The position numbers and the translations under genes were made by a program. A stretch of 64,000 nucleotides of DNA from Octopus vulgaris (taxonomy: Eukaryota). The DNA lies in NCBI GenBank assembly GCA_951406725.2, contig OX597822.1, positions 69,440,001 through 69,504,000 of the forward strand, given 5' to 3'. Below the pieces are notes generated by a model. The model made no database searches. It was not told the DNA's origin and was given only the letters and a program-made list of their open reading frames with translations. Positions 12,925-28,157 of this stretch are shown here, in pieces (within the stretch, counting starts at the first letter, position 1; the number at the start of each line of letters is the position of its first letter).

Positions 12925-13603
12925 CAGTGATCCCTAGTTTATCGCGGTAGATTGATTCCGAGACTGGCCGCGATAACTGAATTTCCGCGAAGTAGGGACA
13001 CCATAATTACATTATTTATTTAACGTGTATTTGGACTTTTAAAACCCTCCCTGTACTGTTAACAACCCACCCATTACAATAGTCTATTAATAACAAGGAC
13101 AACTGTTAAGCAATAACACTTTATATTTTTTAAAAATGAAGATTGTTGCTGTACTCAGCACGAAAGAAGTTGAAGTAAAATTTGAATGATGATGGTAATG
13201 AATTTGACACGCATTAGAAATGATGATGATGAAGCTGACGGCGGTGCCCTTTCCTGGGACACCTCTACCACTTCTTCCGAAGATGCAGCCGTAGGTAGTA
13301 GCAGCAGGAACTGACTCTTTTTTGCGAGGCTGCAAAAACATTGTGATAGGAAGTTGCTGCCGCTGCTTCTTTTTCTGTTCAAAGAGCATCTTGTAGGGAT
13401 TCATGATTTGGTCGACCTTGTTGCAAAATTGCACAGAACGAACCATATCGTCGTCCCATTCCTGAGATCCCTCTTTCAATTCTTTAGCCAGGTTGCAGAG
13501 CTTGGCCAGCCGTTCCAAAGTCAAGCCAGTTTGGTCGACAACTTCTGTTTCTTGCTGCGTTCCATCTTCTTCTTTGGATTTAATGAAAACTTTTAGGTGT
13601 TCA

Positions 13604-13667
<64 letters not shown>

Positions 13668-13722
13668 TTCCGCGAAGTCGTGAATCCGCGATAGTTGAAC
13701 CACGAAGTAGCGAGGGTCACTG
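12925..13722 (-). mobile_element. pogo/Tigger-family DNA transposon, internally deleted
   Basis: TA-CAGTGATCCCTAG... on the left and ...CGAGGGTCACTG-TA on the right form imperfect TIRs with a TA TSD. ORF 13087-13524 resembles a Tigger transposase C-terminus (YKMLFEQKKKQRQQLPITMFL). Lies in an SLC6 intron. Confidence 0.8.
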
Positions 13723-15226
13723 TACATCTAATTTGATGTTCAAATCATGTCATGGAGAAAATAGTGTTTCGTTCTGTTCACAAGAGGACAGCATATCCTG
13801 ATTTCTACCAAGGTAAATCTTCATTGGCCTACACACTTTCACGACCTTCGTTGTGTTTATTTATTTCAATCCCTCTTCACCTCACCTATAAATCTTATGG
13901 TCGATTTTATGTTACAATGTGTCGGGATTAATAAACTGAGATTAGTAATGCACCGAGAAAGATTTGCAGCGACCAAATATTATATTTTGGAGGTGGGATA
14001 GGAGAGGAGGTTAATGTGTTATACAGAATAAGTTCTGTTTTGTTGTGTCATTGTTCTGTGAAAAGATTGTGCCTGGGGTGTGTTATGTGCATTGTACTAT
14101 AAAACTAAATGTGTATAGATTTTGAGTGCTGCGGAGCTATTTTTGGACTTCATATAAAATTGTATGATTTGACAGGCTTTTATGTTTTTGACTTCTAAGA
14201 CTTGAACAGCTTGTTTTAATTTGTTTGCCTGGACAAGTATGTCTCTGATTATCGTACACATGTAACTGTTCCCATAATGATGCTGACGCATGCTCAACAA
14301 TAATGTTAGGATATTTAAACTGTCAAATTATCAGAATCGCTAGAGCGTTTGATTGACGGCTTTAAAATTACTCGTTTAGGCTTTCAGTTCCTTGAATTCA
14401 AACACCACAGAGGTCGATGGTGTTTTGCATCCTTTTTGAGATGATAATGTGCCAATTTAGTACTGGGGTTGATTCTTGTAAGGTGGTTAGAGTGCCGAAC
14501 GAAGTACCTTGTGGTATTTCATCCGGTTCTGTACGTTTTAATCAGTTTCTGAGCTTAATGTCAACTTTGCCTTCTATCCTTCTGGAGTCGATAAAATAAA
14601 GTATCAGTGAAGTACTGCTGTTGGTTTAATCGACTAACCCTTCACAATTTTCTAGCATTGTGATTATATATAAGATTATTATTATCAGGGCATCAGATGA
14701 CAGAAAGGATAGAGTGGCAATATCCAGTTTCGTGTTCTTACGTTTTGAGTTCGAAATTCACCAGCGTCGACTTTGTCCTTCATTTTTTTCCGACTGTTTT
14801 CTTGACGAGTGCCTGAGTTGATTAAATCAAGTGGACGCTTCCTGAACCAACTATTATGATAGTGGGTTTACAAAAAGATAGAACACCAGATTAAATATAC
14901 TCAAAATATATAATTTTATCCTGTACTTTATCCTGAGAATTAAATTTTGTTAGTAAGGTGGACTTAATAGTAAACTTAGTTATTAGTATGTGTAGTTGAA
15001 TATGGTTTTGTAAAGTGTACATATCGCCCGTCACTCTTGTTGTTTAAATAAGATATATAATTTTATCCTGTACTTTCTGAATTCAAATCCTACTTTATTT
15101 TTCCTCCTTGACTAATACAATAAGTTAACAGAAAACCTTGTGATATATTCAATGAACTAATAAACTTCTGAATAATGTGTGAACTTGTGGCAATGAATTA
15201 ATCATTTTTATATTTTTTATCTTCAG

Positions 15227-15301
15227 AAACTCGCCCTCTGTATATCACCTGAGTGGGAACATAGCGAGATTCGACGGACTAAATTTGTGAAAAGATTTGA
15301 G
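15227..15301 (+). CDS. SLC6 monoamine transporter, penultimate coding exon (cytoplasmic C-tail)
   Basis: Acceptor ttttttatcttcag|AAA, donor GAG|gtatat; 75 nt, phase 0-0. KLALCISPEWEHSEIRRTKFVKRFE aligns by eye with human DAT [24 protein letters not shown] and NET [24 protein letters not shown] (recalled sequences). Not in the ORF track. Confidence 0.9.
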
Positions 15302-17035
15302 GTATATATAACATTATACTTCGCATAACGTAAAGATAAATAATAATGTAAATTATTTTACAATTTCTTCAGATATATTATGTTATTAAAACTCTGATTT
15401 TTTTCCACACCCTAAAAAATAATTTTAGTTATAGGATATAGTGATACTTGAAATTAGGTGTCCAGTCTCTGACTTATTTGTAAATAATCTGGATCGTTAA
15501 ATATTTGAAACTAAATGATGAGAAACATTTTCATGTTCTTGATTGTAGACTGAGATTGTTAAGTTAAACAATAATTTTCTAATAATAATCTATGTCTGGC
15601 ATGACACTAAATTCGGATTTTATTCACTAGTTAAAAATTTTCTTACTGACTGTAGATGAATATTCGAAAATTAAATGGACCACTCAAATTTTGGAAATTA
15701 GATTTACTTCAAACTAGGTGTGGTTTTAAAAAGTTTTTTTAGTAAACTAGCTTCTCAAGCAAATGTCATTACTAACTTTGGCATAAAAAGAGTATTCAAT
15801 CTCAGGACTTTAAGTGATCGTAAAAAATCGTTGTCAGTGAGATACGGTGACCTCATGACTCTTCAACAAATCTTTACAGATGTACAACCTGTTTATTTTA
15901 GAGAAGTGGAAACGGATCAAGACAGTGAAGCTTGCTATCACCAGCAATAAGTTGTCTTGGGAAATACTGAACACTCAGTAGCCTAATGCACCTTCCTGTC
16001 TGTGTGTATCACAATGTGGGCTGGCTAACCAGTTCAACCTGGAATAACTCGAGAATGAGAAATTTTTCATAAACGCAGAAGGCTGATTTCGGAACTAACC
16101 GTATCATAACAAATGCGCTACAAATACGACACTACTATTAATGTAATAAAATTAATGAGTAGGGAACATATATTTCATATGAAACAAAAAGACGTTTCGT
16201 TTTGCTTCTGTTGAAGCGCACAAATATATCCTAGTAGTTTCCTACAATTAGTCTACTTGTTCATTGTCTATCATTCCGGTATTTTATTCCTTCTAGCATC
16301 CTCGTATAATCTTACCTGGCCAATTTCTGTTCAACGCAGACGGGCTAATGAAACAATAGTAATAACACATTGAGAGTTACAAAAGAGTAAGTAAATTACT
16401 AGACAACATACTGAATGACCAGCGATTGGTATTTTGTCATTCGTTTTGTACTCTCTCCACAGTCAAGATACTTAGCATTCAAAGCTTCAGTTCACGTAGT
16501 TTTAAACAGATAATACAAGTTGATATAGCTTACCACAGTAGGTAGTGGCAATACTGGAAATCAGACGAATGTTTTGTTGGTATGTATTATTCAGTTCTCT
16601 TGTTGATTTGACTGAAAATGGTGACAGTCTAATCCATATGCACATATTTTTAAATATGAAGATGGTAGATATTTCATTATGTGTTTGCTATAGTTAATAT
16701 AAGATCGATTTAGTCAACTATATTAGTATCCTCTAAAAACAATACAATTTTATGCCAAGAGAAAAAAAAAATCAATACAGTTACATGGAATCTATTTAGT
16801 ACCGTATTTGATTATATATATGATGTACTATTTTACCAAAAAGAAAATCTTAAAATGTCATCCGATGTCCTATATTTGAGGTTGGTACTTCAATGCACTA
16901 AAACCTTTACTCGAAATTCACAGCTGAAATTGGTGTGTGTCTTTCATGATATCAAATACGGCATTTCCTTATTTCCTTTTTCATTGGAATCTATGATAAC
17001 GCTTAACTTTTTTTTTCTTTTCATTATCCTTTCAG

Positions 17036-17059
17036 ACCAGTCATTGGACAGCATTTTGA
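17036..17059 (+). CDS. SLC6 monoamine transporter, last coding exon (TSHWTAF-stop)
   Basis: Long polypyrimidine tract then ctttcag|ACC AGT CAT TGG ACA GCA TTT TGA, phase 0. The seven residues with HW match DAT LRHWLKV and NET LQHWLAI. Confidence 0.88.
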   Translation, partial: TSHWTAF

Positions 17060-17365
17060 GAGATAACGGTGTTCCAAAACGAAAAAATTGACACATCATT
17101 GGTCTGCAGACATTTTATTCTCGATGATAACCATCGGATGACAACTTTCATGTCTCGATATGTTGCAGATATTCGTTTTTATTTGTTATAATTTTTTTTT
17201 TTCAATCTTTTATCACCAATTTTCTATATGAACTCCTGTAGGGAAAAACAAAACGATACGTCCTGTCAGACGTGGAGTTGAGTTTCAAATGAAACTACCA
17301 CACACTCATATAAAAACTAACTAGAAGAGAAGAAAGAGAAACAAGGACAACAACGACGACGATGA

Positions 17366-17421
<56 letters not shown>

Positions 17422-17483
17422 TTACTTCTACAGCTGCTGCTGCTACTACTACCACTACTCCGCTCTCTCACTCAATAATGATG

Positions 17484-17550
<67 letters not shown>

Positions 17551-18266
17551 TAATAATAATAATATCCTATATTAATAATAGTGAATGAAGATAAAGAAAA
17601 ATTAACAGAGAAAAACGAATATAAATGCAACGGCATTGAAAATTGTCCAATTTGCATGTATGTATATTACAGAGATTAAAAAAAAGTGACAGTGGTTTTC
17701 AAATGATTTAGAAATGTTATGAGCTACAACGTGAAATCCAAATCGATTATCATATGTACACACATACACACACACACACCCATATATACATACACACATA
17801 TACACACATACATACACATACATAATATACATGCACACACATACATACATACACACACAGACGCACATATGCACATATCGCACATACACTCAAATGCATA
17901 CACATGAATACTCACAAACTGCGAGAGAGATGAATAGATATCTAGACAGACAGATAGACGGATGGATGGATGGACACACGGGCAGATAAATGGATAGATG
18001 CAGTCATGAATAGATGGATAGATGGATGGATGGATATGCATGTACATATATTTCTATTACACACTTGAAAAGAATGAGTCATCATACATTGTAGATAAAC
18101 TTCAGGAAGTGTAGTCACTACCTGTTAATCATTAGAAACTAAATATATTAAGAATGATAGGTCTTGTCCAACTTTAATATATTCCTCCTAGTTTTAGACT
18201 TCATTTAGATGAAAATGATGACGATAATTATGATAGCATATGATCATGATGGTGATTTTTATTTTC

Positions 18267-18316
<50 letters not shown>

Positions 18317-18317
<1 letters not shown>

Positions 18318-18823
18318 TAGGCACACACCAGAAAAGGTCACAGAAAACGAGAAAGCAACCATACTCTGGGATATGCCAATACACACAGATAGAGAAATTA
18401 AGGCCAATAGGCCAGATATAGTTGTCAGAGATCATGAAGGAAAAAAAATGCTTTCTAATTGATGTATCAATACTAGCAGATGACAACGTTTCTCTAAAAA
18501 AAATGGAGAAACTTTCAAAATACAAAGACTTGGAAATAGAGGTAACTCGAATGTGGAATCTAAAAACATCTAAAATCATAGTAGGCGCATTAGGTATGAT
18601 AAAAAAAATATTCAGACAAATACATAACAAAAATACCAGGACTTACAAATATATATATAACATACAGAGAATCGCACTACTGGGCACTGCACACATCCTA
18701 CGCAAAACACTTTCAATACAGTAACCATAAGAGCATCACAGCAAACCACAGCACATACCCAAGGCACACAGAGCAGCGCTCGGTAGTGAAGTGAATGCAC
18801 GCTATAAAAATAAAACTACTGAA
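18317..18823 (+). mobile_element. R4/Dong-type LINE 3' end in (TAA)n
   Basis: KKCFLIDVSILADDNVSLKKMEKLSKYKDL...IVGALG...LLGTAHILRK; closely similar to 6213-6765; (TAA)n on both sides. Confidence 0.88.
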
Positions 18824-18836
18824 TAATAATAATAAC

Positions 18837-18871
<35 letters not shown>

Positions 18872-18897
18872 TAATAATAATAATAATGATAATAATG

Positions 18898-18959
<62 letters not shown>

Positions 18960-19446
18960 TAATAATAATAATCCTTTCTTCACTGGTCATAAGGGCTCGT
19001 AAATTCCAACATAGTGAAATACTTCCGTTAAACAACGGAAATATCTATGTTGATACTTCTCTGTCGTAATTTTCATATCTGTTGATTTCTTGCTTAGATA
19101 TTGTGCACAGACTTCAAATGGGGGAGAAGGAACATGTATCCTCTATCAGATATTTACACATTGCATTATTATTGATTAGGATTAAGAAGGCAGCGAGCTG
19201 GTAGAATCGTTATCGCGCCGGACAAAATGATTAGCAGCATTTCTTCCAGCTTTGCATTCTGATTTCAAATGCTACCAAGGTTAACTTTACCATTCATCCT
19301 TTCAGAGTCGATAGAATAAGTACCAGTTGAGCTCTGGGGTTTTACGTAATCGAATAAATCCCTCCTCGCAAAATTTCAGGCCTTGTACCTATAGTACAAA
19401 GGATTGATTAGAATTAACATGCTCAGCAAACAATATCGAACAGCAG

Positions 19447-19546
19447 CGAAGATCAAGAACAAAAAAGAACAATATTAACGAAGATCAAGAACGAAAAAGA
19501 ACAATATTAACGAAGATCAAGAACAAAAAAGAACAATATTAACGAA
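19447..19546. repeat. 32-bp minisatellite, three copies
   Basis: CGAAGATCAAGAAC(A/G)AAAAAGAACAATATTAA at 19447, 19479 and 19511. Confidence 0.9.
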
Positions 19547-19923
19547 CTTCGAATAAGAAACACTCGTAAAAAGTTGTACTAAAAATGCTATGCTTGAAAC
19601 TTATCAGTCTGTTGATAATGCAAAATGGCCGATACGTTGCCCTATTTGTAACAAATTCATCATTATGACTACACTGTGAATCAGAGGTTATTTCAATAAT
19701 GGCAAACTGTGAGTCATTCTAGATAATTATAGAAAAAGAATGAGTTATATTGTGAATACGATCTCTGATTTTTAATGTTTCCTTTGGTATGAATAACACC
19801 TTTGGGTCGTAGAAATTACAGGTTAATTTCGTATAACCGGAGCTTTAGAACTTATGATGCGTTTTAGATGAGTGAAAATACAAACTATTTTTCATATAAG
19901 TCTTGGACGTGTGTGTGTGTATG

Positions 19924-19993
<70 letters not shown>

Positions 19994-22232
19994 TGCGTGT
20001 GTATGTATGTATGTATGTATGTATGTATGTACGTATGTATGTATGTATGTAATTATGGATAAAGGAGTGTTAGAATTATCTGAGGCCAAGAATAACTTTT
20101 AAATTATTTTAGAGATCAGCGTGGTTTAAGTCTTTAAGAAAATTAAGGCAGTTGAGGTGACCGATACATCTAAATACCGGAATGGAAGCATTAATGAATG
20201 TATTTCATCAGAATCGATAAAATAAATATCATCAATATTATGCAAAAATTTAGGGCTGCGAGCTGGTAGAATCGTTAGCACGCCAGGTGAAATGCTTAGC
20301 GACATTTCCTCAGTCCTTATGTTCTGAGATCAAACCCCCTTCTGGGTCGATAAAATAAGTACCAGTTGAGTACTGCTGTTGATTTCCTCGCCCGAAATTA
20401 CTGGCCCTGTACCAAAATTAGAGACCAATATTAAGCAGAAATTATAATCAACTATACTATTTCTTTCACTCTTTCTCTTTCTCAAAAGATGAAACCATGA
20501 GTCGAGTGAAAATAAATTAATATTAGATATAATGAGAAGTGATAGATATGGATGAAAGTGAAGAACATTGGATTACAGAAATTACTTTCGGCGCTATAGG
20601 TTCCACGTTCAAATCGCTCATACGTCGAACATTGCTTCATCTTTCCAGATGTTAATGAAATACTAGCAGTAATACACTAAATTCGAATCAGTCGAATATG
20701 CCCACCCCGCCTTACCAAACTATAGAATCAATAGTGTGCTTAAAGATAAAATCGATATCAGATCTAATCAATAAATACTATATTTTCTTTGTTGAAGAAA
20801 ATACTAATTAGACTATTACCAAATAGTCTTGCAAGGCGAAAAATTAGTTTGATGAATGTTACTGATGAACTCAATATCTGTCTATTACCGCTTCCATTAA
20901 AAATTTTAATTCGTGTCAAGTGAAATTTGTGTCCTATGGAAAAAAAATCGGAAATATTTTTACCCATCTATAATAATCTATCTAGTTTGTTATAGTTTTC
21001 GGACCTTTTTGTAGTTTGAATCGTGAAGTAAGTTTGGATATATTCTATATGAAAGATTATTTTTCATTAATTGTCTAACCCTCGAAAAACCAAATAGAGA
21101 ACTGATAAAATATAACAGGAAATATAACAAATGTTTCAATGATTTTAAAAACATTGTGAAACCTTTTTAACCACACAGTTCTATTAGGGTAAAAGAGGAC
21201 TATATAAGAATTTTGTTTCTGTCAAAACTTATCAATCCAGTAACGAAACATTTGTTTTGAAATGGACTTTTTTCAAAGTAAATATCATTCATCATTGATA
21301 AGCAGATATAATGTACGTTTCATGTTTCATCTCTCATGTTTTTCTAGTTATGACACATCAGATCACTCGACCTATACATGCATGCCAACACATACACGCA
21401 CACATACACACACACGCGCACTAACACACATATGTATATAATATAGAAAAGAACCAGACATGTTTTAATATGTTTATTACTGTTTTCTTTGTTGTCTTCA
21501 ATCCCCTTACATACCATTCATATCTTTTTTTTTTTCATTGGTTCGTAGAAATCAACAAAGATATTAGTTGGTTTGCTGTTCAGTTCGATTTGTCACAGTT
21601 CGGAGAACATTAAAATATGTGTATAGAGGACAGAAACTACGAATAAAGTATAAGAAAGAAAAAAACTTGTTGTCATTGTTGTTTTTACTTGAACTGCGCC
21701 ACCAATATTTAAAATGCGCTTTTTAATACCCTTTTATTTAAATCGTTTCTTAAGCGTATGAGTGTAAATATGTCAGACAGAGAGAGAGAGAGAGGGTAGA
21801 GGAGGTAGTGTGTGTATGTGTGAGAGAGGGTAGAGGAGGTAGTATGTTTATGTGTAAGAGAGGGAGAGAGTGTGTGTGTTTTATTTATTGCACAACTTTA
21901 TATAATCAAGCATAGGAGTACTCCGTCGGTTACGACGACGACGGTCAGCGGAACAGCTTGCTCGTGAAATTAACGTGCAAGTGACTGAACAATCCACAGA
22001 CACGTGTACCCCTAACGTATTCTCAGGGAGATTCAGCGTGACACAGAGTGTGACAAGGCCGGCCCTTTGAAATACAAGTACAACACATTTTTGCCAACTG
22101 AGTGGACTGGAGCAACGTGAAATAAAGTGTCTTACTCAAGGACAAAACGCGTCGCTGGGAATCGAACTCACGACCATACAATCGTGAGTCGAATGCCATA
22201 ACCACTAAGTCACGCACCTTCACCTTGCAAGC

Positions 22233-22284
<52 letters not shown>

Positions 22285-22287
<3 letters not shown>

Positions 22288-22478
22288 CTTTACTACCCAC
22301 AAGGGGCTAAACATAGAGGGGACAAACAAGGACAGACAAAGGGATTAAGTCGATTACATCGACCCCAGTGGGTAACTGGTACTTAATTTACCCACTGGGG
22401 TCGATGTAATCGACTTAATCCCTTTGTCTGTCCTTGTTTGTTCCCTCTATATTTAGCCCCTTGTGGGTAGTAAAGAAA
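22285..22478. repeat. Fold-back palindrome made from a SINE family 1 3' end (91-bp arms, 12-nt loop)
   Basis: 22285-22375 is the reverse complement of 22388-22478 with two mismatches; (TA)n on both sides. Confidence 0.9.
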
Positions 22479-22774
22479 TATATATATATATATTATTGGA
22501 GGCACATGACCTAGTGGTTAGAGCAGCGGACTCGCGGTCGAGGGATCGCACGTTCGAATCTCAGACTGGGCAATGTATGTGTTTATGAGCTCCATGCGGC
22601 TCTCGCAGAAGGTAATGGCGAACTTCTGCTGATTCTTTAGCCACAACTTTCTCTCACTCTTTCCTCTTCCATCTCACCTGCCACGGACCGGCGTCCCATC
22701 CAGGTGGGGAACCTATGCGCCAAGGAAACCGGGAAACCGGCCCTTAAGAGCCAGGCGTGGCTCGAGAAGGAACA

Positions 22775-22819
<45 letters not shown>

Positions 22820-22899
22820 ATTAAAACTCAGTTGAATCAGTCCGGTATTATCCGCACAGCTCGTACTGCCTTATTACTTTATATCATGTTGCTTATTTT

Positions 22900-23645
22900 G
22901 ATCAAGGAAAAAAGTGGAGAGGCATCACATGACCTTCGCTACTCACCACTCCTAAAACCATCGCAGTTGCTGGAAATTTCGTGTGCATTATTCTGGGTAC
23001 TTCAAAAGGATCTGCACATAACCACATGTCATTTCTTCTGTTAGACTTTTGATCCTGGTCAAAGTTTTTTTCATCAGAGAAAAACCAAAGCATGCCTTGT
23101 TCATGGGGGTTTTACACTTTGTTAAGTAACCGTTTTGAACGGATGAGACGGTTTTCCTGTGCCTTTGCAAACACGAATTACATAGGACTTGTATTGAATG
23201 TCATTACATAGGATTTGTATCGAATGTCACGATGTACCACAGTTCTGATAGTCCACTCTGACACCCGAAGTTTTTTAGCAATGGACCCCTCGTTGATCTG
23301 GGGGTTTTCATCGATAAAATGTTGAACATGTATAAATTCTGGTGTCCTTTTAGTGTCTGAGCGTTGTGAATGATTTTTTTTCTCTTTGATACAGATGAAA
23401 CATTACCATCACATGCCTCCAGTTCCAACCAAACTTTGTGTAAAAAATGATCTTGCAACATTTAGAAAGTTGCTAATTTCTAAATCACTGTGGTTTGCAT
23501 GTATAGCAACTATGACTGCATGTCCATTTCTTGAGTTAGCATGATATCTTGAAAGGGTTATCTGAAAAAAAAATAACACTTTAAATAATTTGAAGGTGTA
23601 ATGAACTAAAAACGAAATGTTCTCAAATACCCCCATCGCACCCTG
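22900..23645 (-). mobile_element. Tc1/mariner transposon fragment (maT/DD37D-like), 5' half
   Basis: Minus-strand terminus TA-CAGGGTG. Frameshifted transposase WFFSDEKNFDQDQKSNRRND...KFPATAMVLGVVSSEG...PLHFF contains the first catalytic Asp. Confidence 0.8.
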
Positions 23646-26600
23646 TATATACGACGAGCTTCTTTCAGTTTCCGTCTACCAAATCCACTCACAAGGCCTT
23701 TGTCAGCCCGAAGCTATAGTAGAAGACACTTACCCAAAGTACAACTCAGTGGGACCGAACCTGGAATCATATGGTTGAGAACCAAACTTCTTACCACACA
23801 GCTACACCTGCATATTACTATAATATGATGGTGGAGAATTTGGAGAATCATTAGAGCGTAAGATTAAATACGTTACGGTATCCAGATTGGATAAAATAAA
23901 AGACTAGTCTAATGTGGTGAATGAGAACAATTGTCAGAGCGTCGAACAAAATGAACCCATTGTATCAGGCTGAGTAAAAGTAAGCAACGTTTTGAAATAT
24001 AAAATTCATCACAATGGTGCTCGTCGACCTTATGGTGCAAAGAAAGAAATATACCAATGTAAATCTTACGTAAGCTTAGACAGAGGCTAGATATTTGTAT
24101 GGGATGCGCTCTGAAAAGGAATCTACGTCTGTGGTGCAATTTCATCAATGTTAAATATATTAAATCAGATCACCATAGTAGGTCATCAAAGATTGTGACG
24201 TTGAGTATTTGCAGCAAGTTTGTGAGTTCCTTGATCGGTATAGTTATTGTGTATTGAAGAAGGCTAAGTTCTCCCTTTCGCTCATTGAAGTATATATACG
24301 TCATTCCACCACAACATCACTTATTGCTTCTCTAGCTTCAAATGTACGCCTCTTGTTACTTCTATAAGGATTAGCTCGATATGCAGAGAATATCAGCCAA
24401 ATTTCCCTTAAATCACAACACCGTCATCATAAAAAAAAGGGAAATGACACATTAAATAAGGTAACCAAAATAATCTCCACCCCTGCCCACCTCCAAAATC
24501 TCTGAAGAATCATAGCTGGGGTAACTCTGATCAAAGGTGTTCTCGACACAAAACCAAAACAACAACAGCGATAATTTTAGAATGCCACTAGACTGAGACA
24601 CTTGCTATGCGCACACTTTATGTCAGCGACACAATTTCTATAATTTCCAATCAACAGGACGGACAATAAAATAAAACAGGTTATTTTAAAGCTTGAAATA
24701 AAGATCCTTTATTATTGAGATAGAGAAGAAACAAGAGTGATTAATGATCAGTCATACATTTCTCAAAGGCATGTTATTTGTCTAGTTGAAATGAAATGTT
24801 TCCAGCTTGGAAATTAAGCTATTTAGAATGTTTTTGATTACGTGTCTGCGTCCGTGTATGAGTGCATACATAGAAAAGTGTTTGTAGGTATGTGAGTTAT
24901 TTTCCTATACACGAAATTTATGCTAATATTTTTTTTTACTAACTGCAGATCTCTTAATGATCTGAGAAATGAATGTATTCATTTGCTTTTGCCGAAACCA
25001 AACAAGAAATTTTAAAAAGTAGCATGTTTTAAAGAGAAGTCATAAAAGGAAATGTGACACAGTTTTGCCAAGGCCATTCAATTGCTATAAGTGGTTCGAA
25101 ATTATTTCAACCTGTCTTGAATTTCGAGACAGGTCAAAGAGATTGCATAGAAAAATGGGAGTTTCATATATAAATGAATAAATACTTATAACTTCCTAAA
25201 TTTACACGCATGAATAAAGTATATATAGATATTGCAAAGGTGTGTTTACGTATTACTTTAGTTATGGCTAGACTCTTTATTGTTATGCTATTGCTTAACA
25301 TTTATTGAGAGTTGATATAACAAGTTTTGTGTAGGTGCGTTGCTGGTTTAGCGAAGCTTCAAAAATCTCTGGAACAAACAACCCACCTGTAAGCAGTGCA
25401 AAGGTATGTGCATATTCACCTGCTACCAATGCAGTCAAGCGTATCATACAAAGAGCTATTATCTTTTACAAAATCACATGGTCGGGAAATTTAAGGAGTG
25501 GAGAACAGTCGAAAATATCTTGGTACTTAACTAGTGTCTACCTTACAAACCTTGGAAGCATGAAAGGCAAAAATAACGTTAGTATCCAGAATTTTTTATT
25601 TTCTAGCAATGATACAACAATATTTGGAACTTCTAAGATGGCGAGCTGGAAGAATTGTTAGCGAATTGGGCAAAATGCGTATCGATATTTCGTCCGTGTA
25701 TTACGGTCTAAGTTCAAATTTCGCCGAGGTCGACTTTGTCTTTCATCCTTTCGGAGTCGATGAAATAAATGCCAGTCGAACATTGGGGTCGATATAATTG
25801 ACTTATCTCGCTTCCCTGAATTTGATGGACTTGAGCCAAAATTTGAAACCAAGATTTAGAACTTGTGGTTTCTAAAATTGCCATACTGTTCAATGCATTT
25901 GGTTTTAATCTTTTCTATTGTCAAGTAGGAAGTAAAAGGTGTCATCAAGAATCCAAGCAAACCAGTAATTACTATTTTCAGAAACCGTTGCGCTGTACAG
26001 CGATTGCGCTATACAATTGCCCAGAACAATCTAACATTAGATTATTTATCTCCTCGTGGCAGCTGAATTTGTGGAACTCTACTACGAATTCTCTTATCAA
26101 CTTATACGGAAAGGTTTGCTGACATTGTGATACAGCTAAATCAACGTAGTAGCATTTAGAGAGGTTTGGAATTAGCAACAGACACAGGCAACGAGTAGGC
26201 AGAAACATTAAGTAAAATACCTTGTGGTATTTATTGTGGCTCCGTACGTTTTATGCTCAATCACGCCAAGGTTGACTTTGTTCATCGATCTTCTCGCTTG
26301 GATAGCCCAAGTACTAGTCATTAGCGATGAGCTGACGGAATCATAAAAATGTCATACAAGATACCTTATAGTACTTGATCCTGCATTTCCGTCTTCAATT
26401 AAAATTTTACTGTGGCCTACTTGGATGGTACACAATCCTTCGCTTCGTTTAACACCAACATCCATCGTTCGGGTTCCCCTTGTAGGACCCGTCCCTTCCT
26501 CCAGCCTCGGAGGACCTGAAAAATAGTTGTGAGCGCTACCTTTCCCTTGACTATACAAAAAAGGGGAAGTTACAGAGACATATCGGCACATATGGCAGTG

Positions 26601-27655
26601 CAGTAGTTAATGTTGTACTGGGTTGGTATAATAGCAGTGATATCACAACTCATTGGAGTGGTTATTGGCCAGCGAAAGTAAGCTAAATAGTCTTGTCTCA
26701 ATTGCAGTTAATCTGACAATATAAGAAATGAAAGAGAATCCATTGATAGCGAGCTCACTGGGTGTAGTAGAGTGGAGGTTTTGAATCGTTTGATCTCAGC
26801 TTTGAAGATAATAAATTTTTTTTTATTGCCCACAGGGTGCTAAACATAGAGGGGTCAAACAAGGACAGACAAGGGGATTAAGTCGATTACATCGGCCCCA
26901 GTGCGTAACTGGTACTTATTTAATCGACCCCGAAAGGAAGAAAGACAAAGACGATCTCGGCGGAAATTGAACTCAGAACGTAACGACAGACGAAATACCG
27001 ATAAGCATTTCGGCCGGCTCGCCGCCCTATCAGCTTTGAAGATAATGTAATTATCAACAGGTCGATTGCGACTATCATAGAACCTTTTAACAACAAAGTG
27101 AGCCAAGAAATACTCATGTAAGACTTTCGAGGTTGAGATTATGGCGTCCTCTTGATTTAGTCAGCTGCGGTTGTATGACCAGAGGAAATGGAGTGCAAAC
27201 TTAACAATAACCGGAGTGGCAGTTGGTTTACTTCGTTGATCACTTCTATTATGCAAGAATTATTGATTGAATAGGAAATATACAAGGAATTAGTATGTTT
27301 TCCTTTTTCTTTTTTTTTTTATTGATGGTGGACTGCTCTACAGCAATGAACCTATGAATGAAACCGAATTTAAAAGAGAATCAAAACCTTTTTAGCTTTG
27401 TTTTACCTGTTTCAGTTGTTGGACAGCGGCCATGTTGGGGCATTGCCTTGACGAGATTAGTAGAACAAATCGACCATAGAATTTACTTTTTTAATATCTG
27501 CTAATCATGCTGTCAGTGTCACCTACAGACATATAGACAAGCCAATGCCAGTTGTCAAGCGGTGATAACGGTGGGGGACAAACAAAGATATACGCGCATA
27601 CACACGCACACACACACACATACACACACACACCTACACACACACACACACACAC

Positions 27656-27697
<42 letters not shown>

Positions 27698-27833
27698 GCG
27701 TGTATACAAATGATTCTTTTGGCTGTTTCCGGTGGTCGGAAATAAGGTAAAGGACAACTCGTCCGACAAAATAACATACATGTATATATGTATATTGGTC
27801 TAGGGACCAATATACACACACATACATACACAC

Positions 27834-27937
<104 letters not shown>

Positions 27938-28110
27938 TATATATACATATATATACATATATATACACATATATATACATACATAATACATATATATACA
28001 TATACACATACGTATTATATAAATATATACATATGAATGTATATTCATATATAGAAAAGCATATATGTATGTGTATCTATATATAAATATATATATACAT
28101 ATACGTGTGT

Positions 28111-28157
<47 letters not shown>

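Noticed and set aside
15656-15950. Alternative SLC6 terminal exon or hAT-like fragment in the last intron (AG at 15654-15655; ORF 15720-15950)
   Set aside because: Weak polypyrimidine tract and no similarity to transporter tails; the transposase resemblance is too faint to call.
19447-19546. CRISPR-like 32-bp repeats
   Set aside because: Head-to-tail minisatellite without spacers, in a eukaryotic context.
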